A stretch of 64,000 bases of DNA from Bacteroidota bacterium (GTDB taxonomy: Bacteria; Bacteroidota; Bacteroidia; UKL13-3). Below, in pieces: positions 1-8,333 of this stretch (positions within the stretch are counted from its first letter, which is position 1; every line of letters starts with the position of its first letter). The position numbers and the translations under genes were made by a program. The notes beneath the pieces were generated by a model. It was not told the origin of the DNA and did not search any database. It worked only from the letters and a program-made list of their open reading frames with translations. Where the stretch lies: assembly GCA_027484685.1 (NCBI GenBank), contig JAIXSO010000048.1, positions 8,477 to 72,476 of the forward strand, read 5' to 3'.

Positions 1-143
1 TAAGTTTGTACAATCATTTCATGTAAATGAATAAGCCTTTGAATAGGAGAAATACTTGCCCAATATGCCCTCATACTATCCTCTTGTTCTTCTAAAGTGG
101 AAATGACAATTCGATTGTTTTTTTCATTTAATGCATTTTCCAT
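1..143 (-). CDS. hypothetical protein, N-terminal part only (gene runs off the left edge)
   Basis: ATG at 143..141 opens an uninterrupted minus-strand frame to position 1 (MENALNEKNNRIVISTLEEQEDSMRAYWASISPIQRLIHLHEMIVQT...). Absent from the supplied track because it is truncated. No family recognised. Confidence 0.3.
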   Translation of the reverse strand, partial: MENALNEKNNRIVISTLEEQEDSMRAYWASISPIQRLIHLHEMIVQT

Positions 144-269
144 TTCTAATTGTTTTTAACAAAAGTAAACAATGCACCAGATATTTCATTTAATAAAACA
201 ATAACTTTTAATAGAATAGCTGTAAATTGATTAAACTTTCTGTTATTTTGCTAATAAACCAAAAATACA

Positions 270-641
270 ATGAAAGCATTTTACACCATACTACTTTTAA
301 CCCTTTCAAATACCTTTATGACCTTTGCTTGGTATGGGCATTTACAATTTAGCAAAATAGAGTGGCTAAAAAATACTGGATTAATTGGTGTTATATTAAT
401 AAGTTGGTTAATAGCTTTGGCTGAATATGCCTTAATGGTTCCAGCAAATAAAATTGGTTACAAAGAAAATGGTGGTCCATTTAATATGTTTGAGCTAAAA
501 ACCATTCAAGAGGTGATTTCGCTTACTGTATTTGTACTCATCAATTATTTTGTTTTTAAATCGGACAAATTAGCTTGGAATCACTTACTTGGCTTTGCTT
601 TAATAGTATTAGCTGTTTTTGTGGTTTTTAAAAAGTGGTAG
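270..641 (+). CDS. DMT-superfamily small membrane protein (DUF486-like)
   Basis: 123 aa with four predicted hydrophobic helices. The N-terminus LSNTFMTFAWYGHL and overall size match the DUF486/DMT family as I recall it. Confidence 0.7.
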   Translation: MKAFYTILLLTLSNTFMTFAWYGHLQFSKIEWLKNTGLIGVILISWLIALAEYALMVPANKIGYKENGGPFNMFELKTIQEVISLTVFVLINYFVFKSDKLAWNHLLGFALIVLAVFVVFKKW

Positions 642-650
642 TTTTTTAAG

Positions 651-750
651 CAGCTGGCAGCTAGCTTCTGGCCTTTAAACAAATTATAGTAATAATCTTG
701 TAGCTTTGTAATCTCTAAATCTTCAAATCAAAAATCTTTAAATTAGATAC
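651..750. repeat. composite word-repeat leader: CTGGC-type block (651..674) followed by an AATCTCTAAATC / AAATCAAAAATC block ending at the SDR start codon
   Basis: cagctggcagctagcttctggcc ... gtaatctctaaatcttcaaatcaaaaatctttaaattagatac|ATG. The same two word blocks, in the same order relative to a start codon, recur at 53973..54112 on the minus strand. Confidence 0.7.
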
Positions 751-1452
751 ATGAATTTACAAAATAAAATAGCCGTTGTTACGGGTGTTAGCAAAGGAAT
801 TGGCAAAGCTATTTGCGAACAATTATTAGCAAATGGCGCAACTGTATTTGGCTTAGGTCGAAATAATAACGATATTTCAAATTCAAATTACAATTTTATC
901 CATTGCGATGTACGCAGTTTCGATTCTGTGCAAAATGCTTTCAATACAATATTTGCAAAAACCAACCAAACCATTGATATTCTAATAAACAATGCAGGCT
1001 TAGGTTATTTTGGGTTTTTGGAAGATATGCCAATAGAACAATTTCATGAAATGCAAGAAACTAACTTAAATGGTATTTTTTATTGCTGTAAAATGGCATT
1101 GCCAAAAATGAAAGAAAAACAAATTGGCCATATCATCAATATTGCATCAACTGCTGCATTAGAAGGAATGGCACAAGTAGTTGGATATTCGGCTAGTAAA
1201 TGGGCAGTGAAAGGTTTTAGCGAGTCGCTTTTTCGCGAAGTGCGCGATTTCAAAATAAAAGTAACTTGTATTTATCCGGGTGCAGTAAAAACCGATTTTT
1301 TCAGAAATAGTCCGGGCGTAAAACCTCACGATTATATGCTAATGCCCGAAGATGTGGCAGCTAATTTAATTTTTGCATTACAAATGCCTGATAATTTTCA
1401 TACTGTAAATCTTGAAATAAGACCATTGCAACCAAAAGGACCTAAAAAATAA
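751..1452 (+). CDS. short-chain dehydrogenase/reductase (SDR) family oxidoreductase
   Basis: N-terminal TGVSKGIGKA Rossmann motif, NNAG, and the catalytic YSASKWA (YxxxK) motif. Confidence 0.9.
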   Translation: MNLQNKIAVVTGVSKGIGKAICEQLLANGATVFGLGRNNNDISNSNYNFIHCDVRSFDSVQNAFNTIFAKTNQTIDILINNAGLGYFGFLEDMPIEQFHEMQETNLNGIFYCCKMALPKMKEKQIGHIINIASTAALEGMAQVVGYSASKWAVKGFSESLFREVRDFKIKVTCIYPGAVKTDFFRNSPGVKPHDYMLMPEDVAANLIFALQMPDNFHTVNLEIRPLQPKGPKK

Positions 1453-1580
1453 TTAGCTCGAAAACCTTTATTATTAGGGCATCTTCAACTCCTCTTGAAA
1501 AAATGTGCAACATTAATTAAAAATAAATAGGCTAATATTTTGTTAAGCATTATTTTTACCGCAAAAATCAAACATAAAAT

Positions 1581-3770
1581 ATGCCAACTTTACGTTTCAA
1601 CGCTTTAAAAACTGCCCTCAGCAGAAATCCAGTTCTTACCAAAGCCCCATCTGAAAAAGTATCAGATTTTTACAACAGCAATGTATTTAACGACAGTGCA
1701 ATGAAAAACTTTTTAAGCAAAGAAGCTTACGAAGCAGTTTCAAGAGCTGTAAAAATGGGTGAAAAAATTGATCGTAGCCATGCTGATGCAGTAGCTTCGG
1801 GAATGAAAAACTGGGCAATGAGCCGTGGAGTAACGCATTATACCCATTGGTTTCAGCCATTAACGGGTGCTACAGCCGAAAAACATGACGCCTTTTTTGA
1901 ACCTACCGAGGATGGTCGCTCAATGGAAAAGTTTTCAGGTGGCGCCTTGGTTCAGCAAGAACCAGATGCAAGTAGTTTTCCAAACGGAGGTATTAGAAAT
2001 ACTTTTGAAGCGCGTGGTTACACCGCTTGGGATCCTTCATCTCCAGCATTTATAATGGAAGAAAATAACGGTAAAACTTTATGTATTCCTACCATTTTTG
2101 TTTCATACACAGGCGAAGCATTAGATTTCAAAGCACCTTTATTAAAAGCATTACATGCTGTAGAAAACTCAGTAGTAGCCGTTTGTTCTGAATATTTCGA
2201 CAAAAATGTTAGCAAAGCATCAGCTAGTTTAGGTATAGAGCAAGAATATTTTTTAATTGACGAAGCTATGTTTTATGCTCGTCCTGATTTAATGTTAACC
2301 GGCCGTACGTTATTAGGCCATGCGCCTGAAAAAGGACAACAATTAGAAGATCATTACTTTGGTTCAATTCCTCCAAGAATCCACGATTTTATGGTTGATT
2401 TTGAAACCGAAGCATACAAATTAGGTATTCCATTAAAAACCCGTCATAATGAGGTGGCTCCTGGGCAATTTGAATGTGCTCCAAATTTTGAAGAGGCTAA
2501 TTTAGCAGTTGACCACAATCAATTGTTAATGGATTTAATGGAAAAGGTGAGCCAACGCCATGGTTTAAAAGTTTTATTACACGAAAAACCTTTTGCTGGT
2601 GTTAATGGAAGCGGAAAACACAATAATTGGAGTTTAATTACCAATACAGGTGTAAATTTATTAGCTCCTACCAAAAATCCTGAAACCAATTTACAGTTCC
2701 TTACTTTTTTTGTTAACGTAATTAAAGCTGTAAATGATAATGCCGATTTATTACGCGCATCAATTGCCACTGCAAGCAACGACCACCGTTTAGGTGCAAA
2801 CGAAGCTCCACCAGCAATTATGAGTATTTTTATTGGTAGCCAAATGACTAACGTGTTAGATTCAATTTTAAACGATAAATCGAGCGCTAAGGTTAATACC
2901 AAATCAAAACAAGCTATCAATGTTATCAAAATTCCTGACATTTTATTAGATAATACCGATAGAAACCGTACTTCGCCATTTGCCTTTACTGGAAATAAAT
3001 TTGAATTTAGAGCTGTAGGTTCAAGCGCTAATTGTGCTAATGCAATGATTGTATTAAATACAGTTATGGCAGATCAATTAAACAAATTTAAAGCTGAAGT
3101 TGATGCCTTAATTAAAAAAGGTAAGAAAAAAGAAGAAGCAATTTTAAGCACTTTAAAAGCTTACTACAAAGCATCTAAAAATATTTTATTTGAAGGAAAT
3201 GGTTATAGTGATGAGTGGGTTAAAGAAGCAGCAAAACGTGGCTTATCAAATGTAAAAACTACACCAGAAGCATTGAATGCTTATGTTTCAAAACAATCGG
3301 CTGATTTATTTACTAGAAATAATATTTTTAGCAAAATAGAATTAGACGCTCGTTATGAAATTATGCAAGAATTGTATGTTAAAAAAATTGATATTGAGGC
3401 AAAAACATTATCTCAATTGGCTACATCGCATGTAATTCCGGCAGCTGTAGAATACCAAAGTAAATTGGCTACCAATGTACAAGCTTTAAAAGGGGCAGGA
3501 TTAAGCAAAGCTAGCTACGAAACACAGTTAAAAACAATCGAAACTATTTCTAAACATATCAAAACTATTAGTGATAATGTTGAAAAAATAATTACTGAAA
3601 CCGAAAAAGCACATCACGCTACCAATACACATAAAGCAGCAGTTGCATTATGTCATAAAGTGAAACCTTTATTTGATCATGTTCGCTCTTCAAGCGATGC
3701 TTTAGAGTTTATGGTAGATGATACTTTATGGCAATTACCTAAGTACAGAGAAATGCTATTTATTAAATAA
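1581..3770 (+). CDS. glnN: glutamine synthetase type III
   Basis: 729 aa, the characteristic GSIII length. The N-terminus (FNALKTA..., VTHYTHWFQPLTG) and the catalytic region (NEVAPGQFE, KPFAGVNGSGKHNNWS) match GSIII as recalled. Confidence 0.9.
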   Translation: MPTLRFNALKTALSRNPVLTKAPSEKVSDFYNSNVFNDSAMKNFLSKEAYEAVSRAVKMGEKIDRSHADAVASGMKNWAMSRGVTHYTHWFQPLTGATAEKHDAFFEPTEDGRSMEKFSGGALVQQEPDASSFPNGGIRNTFEARGYTAWDPSSPAFIMEENNGKTLCIPTIFVSYTGEALDFKAPLLKALHAVENSVVAVCSEYFDKNVSKASASLGIEQEYFLIDEAMFYARPDLMLTGRTLLGHAPEKGQQLEDHYFGSIPPRIHDFMVDFETEAYKLGIPLKTRHNEVAPGQFECAPNFEEANLAVDHNQLLMDLMEKVSQRHGLKVLLHEKPFAGVNGSGKHNNWSLITNTGVNLLAPTKNPETNLQFLTFFVNVIKAVNDNADLLRASIATASNDHRLGANEAPPAIMSIFIGSQMTNVLDSILNDKSSAKVNTKSKQAINVIKIPDILLDNTDRNRTSPFAFTGNKFEFRAVGSSANCANAMIVLNTVMADQLNKFKAEVDALIKKGKKKEEAILSTLKAYYKASKNILFEGNGYSDEWVKEAAKRGLSNVKTTPEALNAYVSKQSADLFTRNNIFSKIELDARYEIMQELYVKKIDIEAKTLSQLATSHVIPAAVEYQSKLATNVQALKGAGLSKASYETQLKTIETISKHIKTISDNVEKIITETEKAHHATNTHKAAVALCHKVKPLFDHVRSSSDALEFMVDDTLWQLPKYREMLFIK

Positions 3771-3796
3771 TTTTTTCGAATTTTATGCATTTTAAA

Positions 3797-3833
3797 ACAG
3801 CCATTCAATACCAATTTGAATGGCTGTTTTATT
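3797..3833 (+). terminator. rho-independent terminator after glnN
   Basis: Perfect 12-bp stem acagccattcaa / ttgaatggctgt with a 7-nt loop, followed by a T-rich tail (tttattt). Confidence 0.8.
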
Positions 3834-3952
3834 TAAGAGTGCTCATATATAGACAATTAAAAAAACAAAAGTTCTAAAAAAAAACATTGTTTAATACGCT
3901 AAAAAAATTAAAATTGCGTTTGTACTAAATCAAACGCAAAAAGTATTTACAC

Positions 3953-6064
3953 ATGAAACAAAATTACATGATAAAATTAACTGGATTTGTATTAATATTA
4001 TCTGCCTTATTATATGCTTGTAAGCCCGGGGCAAGCATTGGAGATGCACGAAAAGATTTTAAAGATTTAAAATATGCTCAAGCTGCTGAAAAATACAAAA
4101 AAGTTTATGGCATTACCAAAGACAAGGAAATAAAAAAAGAAGCAGCATTTTATGCAGCAGAATGCTACCGCTTGTCGAACAACTGGACAACAGCAGAAAG
4201 CTGGTACACCAAAGCAGTTCAAGTTGACCCAACTAATGCTGAGGCAAAATACCGCCAAATTCAAGCTTTAAAGTATTCCGAAAAATATGTTGAATCAATT
4301 ACAGAAGCCAATAAATACAAAAAAACGGTTGGTTCTGACCCTAAAATTGATTTAGAAGATTGCGGAAGTACAAACGCTCAAAAATGGAAATCAGAAAAAA
4401 CACGTTTTGTAGTTGAAAATGTAGCTAAACTTAACACTAAATACAGTGATTTTGCCACTATGTGGTACAGAAAAGACCAATTGATGTTTTCTAGCGATAG
4501 ATTAGAAGTTGGAGTAAGTGGTAAAGATAAATATGGTTGGTTTAATAATGGCTATTGCGATATTTATACTACTACCTTAAAATTAAACAAAAAGAATAAA
4601 GAAACTATTGAGAATTATAGTCCACCTGTTTTGGTTGATAAAAAGAATGTGAACGGAAAATGGAACGATGGAACGGTTTGTTTTGATGCCAAATTCACTA
4701 CTATGTATTTTACTAAATGTAATTATGGTGAAAAAAATGATGGTAAGGGCGCACATTGCAGAATTTACGAATCAAAATTAAATGGCACAGAATGGAGTGT
4801 ACCAATACCTCTTCCTTTCAGTACCGATTCATTTGATTGTGGTCAACCCTTTTTAAGCAAAGATGGAACTACGCTTTATTTCTCTAGTAACATGCCTGGT
4901 AGTACTGCAAAACCGGTAACAAGTGCTGAAAATCCTGAAGGGTTAGAATTAAGTAAAGATTTATACAGTGTAAGTTACAGTAAAAGAGGTAATGCTTGGG
5001 GCGATCCTGTAAATTTAGGTCCTACTGTAAATACTGATGGTGACGAAGGTTTCCCTTTCCAACACGAAGACGGAACATTATACTTTGCATCAAACGGCCG
5101 TTGCGGCATGGGTGGATTTGATATTTTCTACACCAAAGGTCAAGGTACTGATTGGAGTGATCCTATTAACATGAAAGCACCTATTAATTCAGGTGGTGAT
5201 GACTTTGCAATTATTTTTTCAAAAGATAAAGAAAGTGGTTTTTTCTCTTCAAATAGAATGAACGGAAAAGGTAGTGATGATATTTATAGATTTACCAAAA
5301 CGCCATTGGTATTTACTTTAAGCGGTGTTGCTCGTGATGAAAAAGATAATTCAATCTTAAAAAATACAACTATTCAATTTACTAACAGTTCAGATACAGT
5401 AAAATTGGTTGTTAAAACAGATGCCGCAGGTTCTTATAGAATAACCCTAAGAGCAGGAACAGATTACGACTTTTATGGTTCTAAACCATTGTATTACGAT
5501 AGTAAAATTTATGGAGCTACTACCAAAAACTTAGAAGTTTCAACAGATTTAGTTCAAGATTTAATATTAAAACCATTTGGAGACGATGTTTTTGATGTAA
5601 AAGGTATATTCTATGGATTAGATAGTGCTGATATCAGACCTCGCTCGGCAGAAATTCTAGACTCTTTGGTAATTGTTATGAATAAATATCCAATGTTAAA
5701 ATTTGAATTGGGTTCTCATACCGATTGTAGAGCTGATTCATTATACAATATCAAGTTATCACAAAGACGCGCTGATTCATGTGTTGGTTATTTAATTCGT
5801 CACGGTGTTGATTCAATGAGATTAGTATCGAGAGGTTATGGAGAAAATGAATTAGCGGTTCCAAAATGTGCTTGTGAAGGACCAAACGAAAGAATTGAAG
5901 GACAGAAATGTACTGAAGCCGAACATCAATTAAATAGAAGGACTACAGTAAAAGTTATAGATAAAAACTTTATTGGCATAACCAAACCGAAAAGTAATGA
6001 ACCTGAAGCTCCAAAAAACATTCCAGGTCAAAGAGTTAGACCAGGCACCCAACCAAGGAGGTGA
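3953..6064 (+). CDS. OmpA-family outer-membrane lipoprotein with TPR, PD40 (TolB-like) repeats, carboxypeptidase-regulatory-like domain and C-terminal OmpA/MotB peptidoglycan-binding domain
   Basis: Signal peptide with lipobox-like LLYAC. Repeated S.DG.TLYF.S motifs. C-terminal OmpA_C motifs FELGSHTDCRADSLYNIKLSQRRADS and GYGENE. Confidence 0.85.
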   Translation: MKQNYMIKLTGFVLILSALLYACKPGASIGDARKDFKDLKYAQAAEKYKKVYGITKDKEIKKEAAFYAAECYRLSNNWTTAESWYTKAVQVDPTNAEAKYRQIQALKYSEKYVESITEANKYKKTVGSDPKIDLEDCGSTNAQKWKSEKTRFVVENVAKLNTKYSDFATMWYRKDQLMFSSDRLEVGVSGKDKYGWFNNGYCDIYTTTLKLNKKNKETIENYSPPVLVDKKNVNGKWNDGTVCFDAKFTTMYFTKCNYGEKNDGKGAHCRIYESKLNGTEWSVPIPLPFSTDSFDCGQPFLSKDGTTLYFSSNMPGSTAKPVTSAENPEGLELSKDLYSVSYSKRGNAWGDPVNLGPTVNTDGDEGFPFQHEDGTLYFASNGRCGMGGFDIFYTKGQGTDWSDPINMKAPINSGGDDFAIIFSKDKESGFFSSNRMNGKGSDDIYRFTKTPLVFTLSGVARDEKDNSILKNTTIQFTNSSDTVKLVVKTDAAGSYRITLRAGTDYDFYGSKPLYYDSKIYGATTKNLEVSTDLVQDLILKPFGDDVFDVKGIFYGLDSADIRPRSAEILDSLVIVMNKYPMLKFELGSHTDCRADSLYNIKLSQRRADSCVGYLIRHGVDSMRLVSRGYGENELAVPKCACEGPNERIEGQKCTEAEHQLNRRTTVKVIDKNFIGITKPKSNEPEAPKNIPGQRVRPGTQPRR

Positions 6065-6078
6065 TGAATAAAACTAAA

Positions 6079-6111
6079 AGCCCGATAAATTAAATTTATC
6101 GGGCTTTTTTA
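6079..6111 (+). terminator. rho-independent terminator after the OmpA-family gene
   Basis: Stem agcccgataaat / atttatcgggct (12 bp), loop taa, then TTTTTT. Confidence 0.85.
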
Positions 6112-6129
6112 TGGATTATAATAGTTCAT

Positions 6130-6160
6130 AAAAAAAGCCATACAAAATTGTATGGCTTTT
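6130..6160 (-). terminator. rho-independent terminator after the HIT/greA genes (minus strand)
   Basis: Stem agccataca / tgtatggct. On the minus strand it is followed by a T7 run (complement of aaaaaaa at 6130..6136). Confidence 0.8.
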
Positions 6161-6176
6161 ATTTAATAATAGAAAA

Positions 6177-6569
6177 CTAAATATACTTAGCTATTGAATC
6201 TGCTATTTCTTGCATTTCCTCTTTGGAAAATGAAAGCTTTTTTCTTTCAAAATTCATATCATTTACACCATTTATAGGCATTAAATGAATATGAGTGTGC
6301 GGAACTTCTAAGCCAATAACAGTTACTCCAACTCTTTCACAAGGAATAGCCTTTTTAAGGGCTATAGCAACTTTTTTTGCAAACAAATGTAAGTTTGTAT
6401 ACAATTCGTCATCCAAATCAAATATATAATCTATTTCCACCTTAGGAAGTACCAGTAAATGACCTTTTGTTAGAGGACTAATATCTAAAAAAGCTAAAAA
6501 GCTATCATCTTCGGCAACTTTATAACAAGGAATTTCTCCTGCTATAATTCGAGAAAATATACTTGCCAT
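6177..6569 (-). CDS. HIT (histidine triad) family protein
   Basis: Histidine triad HTHIHLMP near the C-terminus. 130 aa, typical HIT size and N-terminus (IFSRIIAGEIP). Confidence 0.9.
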   Translation of the reverse strand: MASIFSRIIAGEIPCYKVAEDDSFLAFLDISPLTKGHLLVLPKVEIDYIFDLDDELYTNLHLFAKKVAIALKKAIPCERVGVTVIGLEVPHTHIHLMPINGVNDMNFERKKLSFSKEEMQEIADSIAKYI

Positions 6570-6574
6570 ATTGC

Positions 6575-7075
6575 TTAACTAAATGAAATAGTTAAAATTT
6601 CTAATTTAATAGTACCTGCAGGTGCGGCAATTTCAACTATATCACCCACTTTTTTACCCATTAAACCAGCACCAATTGGCGACTTTACTGAAATTTTTCC
6701 AATTTTAAAATCTGCTTCGTTTTCAGAAACAACAATATAAGTAAATTCTTTCTTTACATTATGGTTTAAAACTAATACTTTACTTAATAGCATTACTTTG
6801 CTGTTATCTAGCTTAGTTTCATCAATTATTCTACTTATTGCTAACAAAGATTCAATTTGAGAAATTTTAGTTTCTAAATGTCCTTGGTCTTCTTTTGCTG
6901 CATGGTATTCAGCATTTTCACTTAAATCACCTTTATCTCTGGCATCGGCAATTTGCTTCGAAATAAATGGGCGTTGAACAAATTTTAAATCGTGTAATTC
7001 TTTTTGCAATTTCTCGAAGCCATCTTTAGATAAATAATTAAGAGATGGTGAAGCCGATAAAGTTTTTTTTGCCAT
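6575..7075 (-). CDS. greA: transcription elongation factor GreA
   Basis: Coiled-coil N-domain with ARDKGDLSENAEYHAAKE and a C-terminal FKBP-like domain (SVKSPIGAGLMGKKVGD). Confidence 0.93.
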   Translation of the reverse strand: MAKKTLSASPSLNYLSKDGFEKLQKELHDLKFVQRPFISKQIADARDKGDLSENAEYHAAKEDQGHLETKISQIESLLAISRIIDETKLDNSKVMLLSKVLVLNHNVKKEFTYIVVSENEADFKIGKISVKSPIGAGLMGKKVGDIVEIAAPAGTIKLEILTISFS

Positions 7076-7099
7076 TTTTTATAAAAATTTTGATACAAT

Positions 7100-7142
7100 A
7101 TAAAACAAAAAGAAACGTCCGGATTGATAATCCGAACGTTTC
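7100..7142 (-). terminator. rho-independent terminator after the PorV/PorQ-like gene (minus strand)
   Basis: Stem gaaacgtccggatt / aatccgaacgtttc with one C/A mismatch. On the minus strand it is followed by ctttttgtttta. Confidence 0.7.
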
Positions 7143-7166
7143 AATATAATAAACAAATATATAAAA

Positions 7167-8261
7167 TTATTTGTTATTTCCTAAAGTAAGTTTAAGTCCA
7201 ATACTGTGTATTCCGTTAAAAATAACAGTTGGTTGATAAGCATAATCAATTGCTAAATCAGTAGTATTACTAACAGGTATTCCAAAACCAACACCAAAGC
7301 TTATGCCATATTGGGGATTCTTATATTCAGTGTCACTAAAGTTACCTTCTTGATGCGCATAACCAGTTCTTAACATAAACATATTCTTGTAAGCGTACTC
7401 TGTTCCAATAGCAACAATGTTTGATGAAAATGCATTATAGTTAAAATTAGCATTTAAGGTTAATTTGTGATCATATGTTTCTTCACCTTTATCTAATCTA
7501 AAATCGTAAGCTGCACCAATATTAGCTAAAGCTGGCATATTAAATGGCTGAGAACCAAATAAAGTTTTTCTTGTAGCGCCCGTTGATGTTACTGTTGTAT
7601 TAGCAGTTAAACCAGTACCTTGATATGCAAAATCAGGACCTAAATTACGAACAGCGATACCAAATCTGAAATCTTGTTTTTTAATTTTTTTAGCAGCATT
7701 TAAAGATGTTTGATATTGAACACCAGCATCTAAAGTAACTCCACTAGCATTAACACTTGAAGTACCTTCGCTAATGTATCTAACCATTAAACCACCTGTA
7801 ATTGAATTAGAGAAGGTTTTTGAATAAGCCAAACCTAAATTCAAAATTTGAGTAGTGTAAGTTCCTAAGGTCATATCAGGAGCTTCGGTTGTGGTAATTG
7901 GAATATTTCCAATATCCCAATATGTTAAAGCCATACCTAATACGCCACCACTTCCATTTTCGCCAAGAGCTTGAGCAATACCAAAATTATTAAGGTAAAT
8001 ATCAGTTCCAACTAAGTAACGGGTTTGTGACGCTTGAATTTCCATTTTCTTTACATAAGCCAAACCGCCTATGTTTAAGTAATATGACTCTAAACCTCTA
8101 GCAGAAGCAGTATTTGAACCGCCTAAACCAACACCACGAACATACGGATTAACCAAAAGCTGTGTTGCTCCAGCACCACCGGCTCTATCAGGATTTCCTG
8201 CATTTACAGTAGCCAATAATCCAAAACAAGCTACCAAACTTTGTAAAATATACTTCTTCAT
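7167..8261 (-). CDS. PorV/PorQ-family outer-membrane beta-barrel protein (T9SS-associated, FadL-like)
   Basis: Signal peptide, then AGATQLLVNPYVRGVGLGGSNTASARGLESYYLNIGGLAY. This matches the family's N-terminal pattern as I recall it (aGa.fL.i..gaRa.gmGga...a.y.NpAGLa). Alternating beta-strand pattern throughout. It is the last gene of a three-gene T9SS-linked cluster. Confidence 0.7.
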   Translation of the reverse strand: MKKYILQSLVACFGLLATVNAGNPDRAGGAGATQLLVNPYVRGVGLGGSNTASARGLESYYLNIGGLAYVKKMEIQASQTRYLVGTDIYLNNFGIAQALGENGSGGVLGMALTYWDIGNIPITTTEAPDMTLGTYTTQILNLGLAYSKTFSNSITGGLMVRYISEGTSSVNASGVTLDAGVQYQTSLNAAKKIKKQDFRFGIAVRNLGPDFAYQGTGLTANTTVTSTGATRKTLFGSQPFNMPALANIGAAYDFRLDKGEETYDHKLTLNANFNYNAFSSNIVAIGTEYAYKNMFMLRTGYAHQEGNFSDTEYKNPQYGISFGVGFGIPVSNTTDLAIDYAYQPTVIFNGIHSIGLKLTLGNNK

Positions 8262-8291
8262 ACGAGTAATTTATTTTATAATTTTTTTTAG

Positions 8292-8324
8292 AATGCACTT
8301 TAATAACAACTATTAAAGTGCATT
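8292..8324 (-). promoter_or_regulatory. perfect 13-bp stem-loop in the 72-nt spacer between the T9SS cargo gene and the PorV/PorQ-like gene
   Basis: aatgcactttaat (8292..8304) / attaaagtgcatt (8312..8324), loop aacaact. On the coding (minus) strand an A-run follows, not a T-run, so it is not a canonical terminator. Confidence 0.6.
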
Positions 8325-8333
8325 ATTATTTTT

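Noticed and set aside
1867-2941. Short ORFs nested in or antisense to glnN (1867..2055, 2018..2215, 2519..2941). Analogous nested ORFs occur inside other long genes: 4067..4264, 9166..9423, 10720..11017, 11572..12195, 12385..12573, 13335..13523, 15733..15963, 17514..17702, 19451..20685, 23916..24935, 25456..25773, 33684..34223, 34743..34982, 36285..36533, 43573..44422, 44755..45237, 45720..45977, 46419..46601, 47763..48542, 49315..49503, 50389..50580, 51920..52175, 52831..53181, 54971..55183, 56446..56712, 57236..57816, 59679..60005, 61068..61683, 62635..62844.
   Set aside because: All lie wholly within, or mostly overlap, much longer ORFs with strong family signatures. Their translations are low-complexity with no motifs. 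These are typical shadow ORFs of an AT-rich genome.
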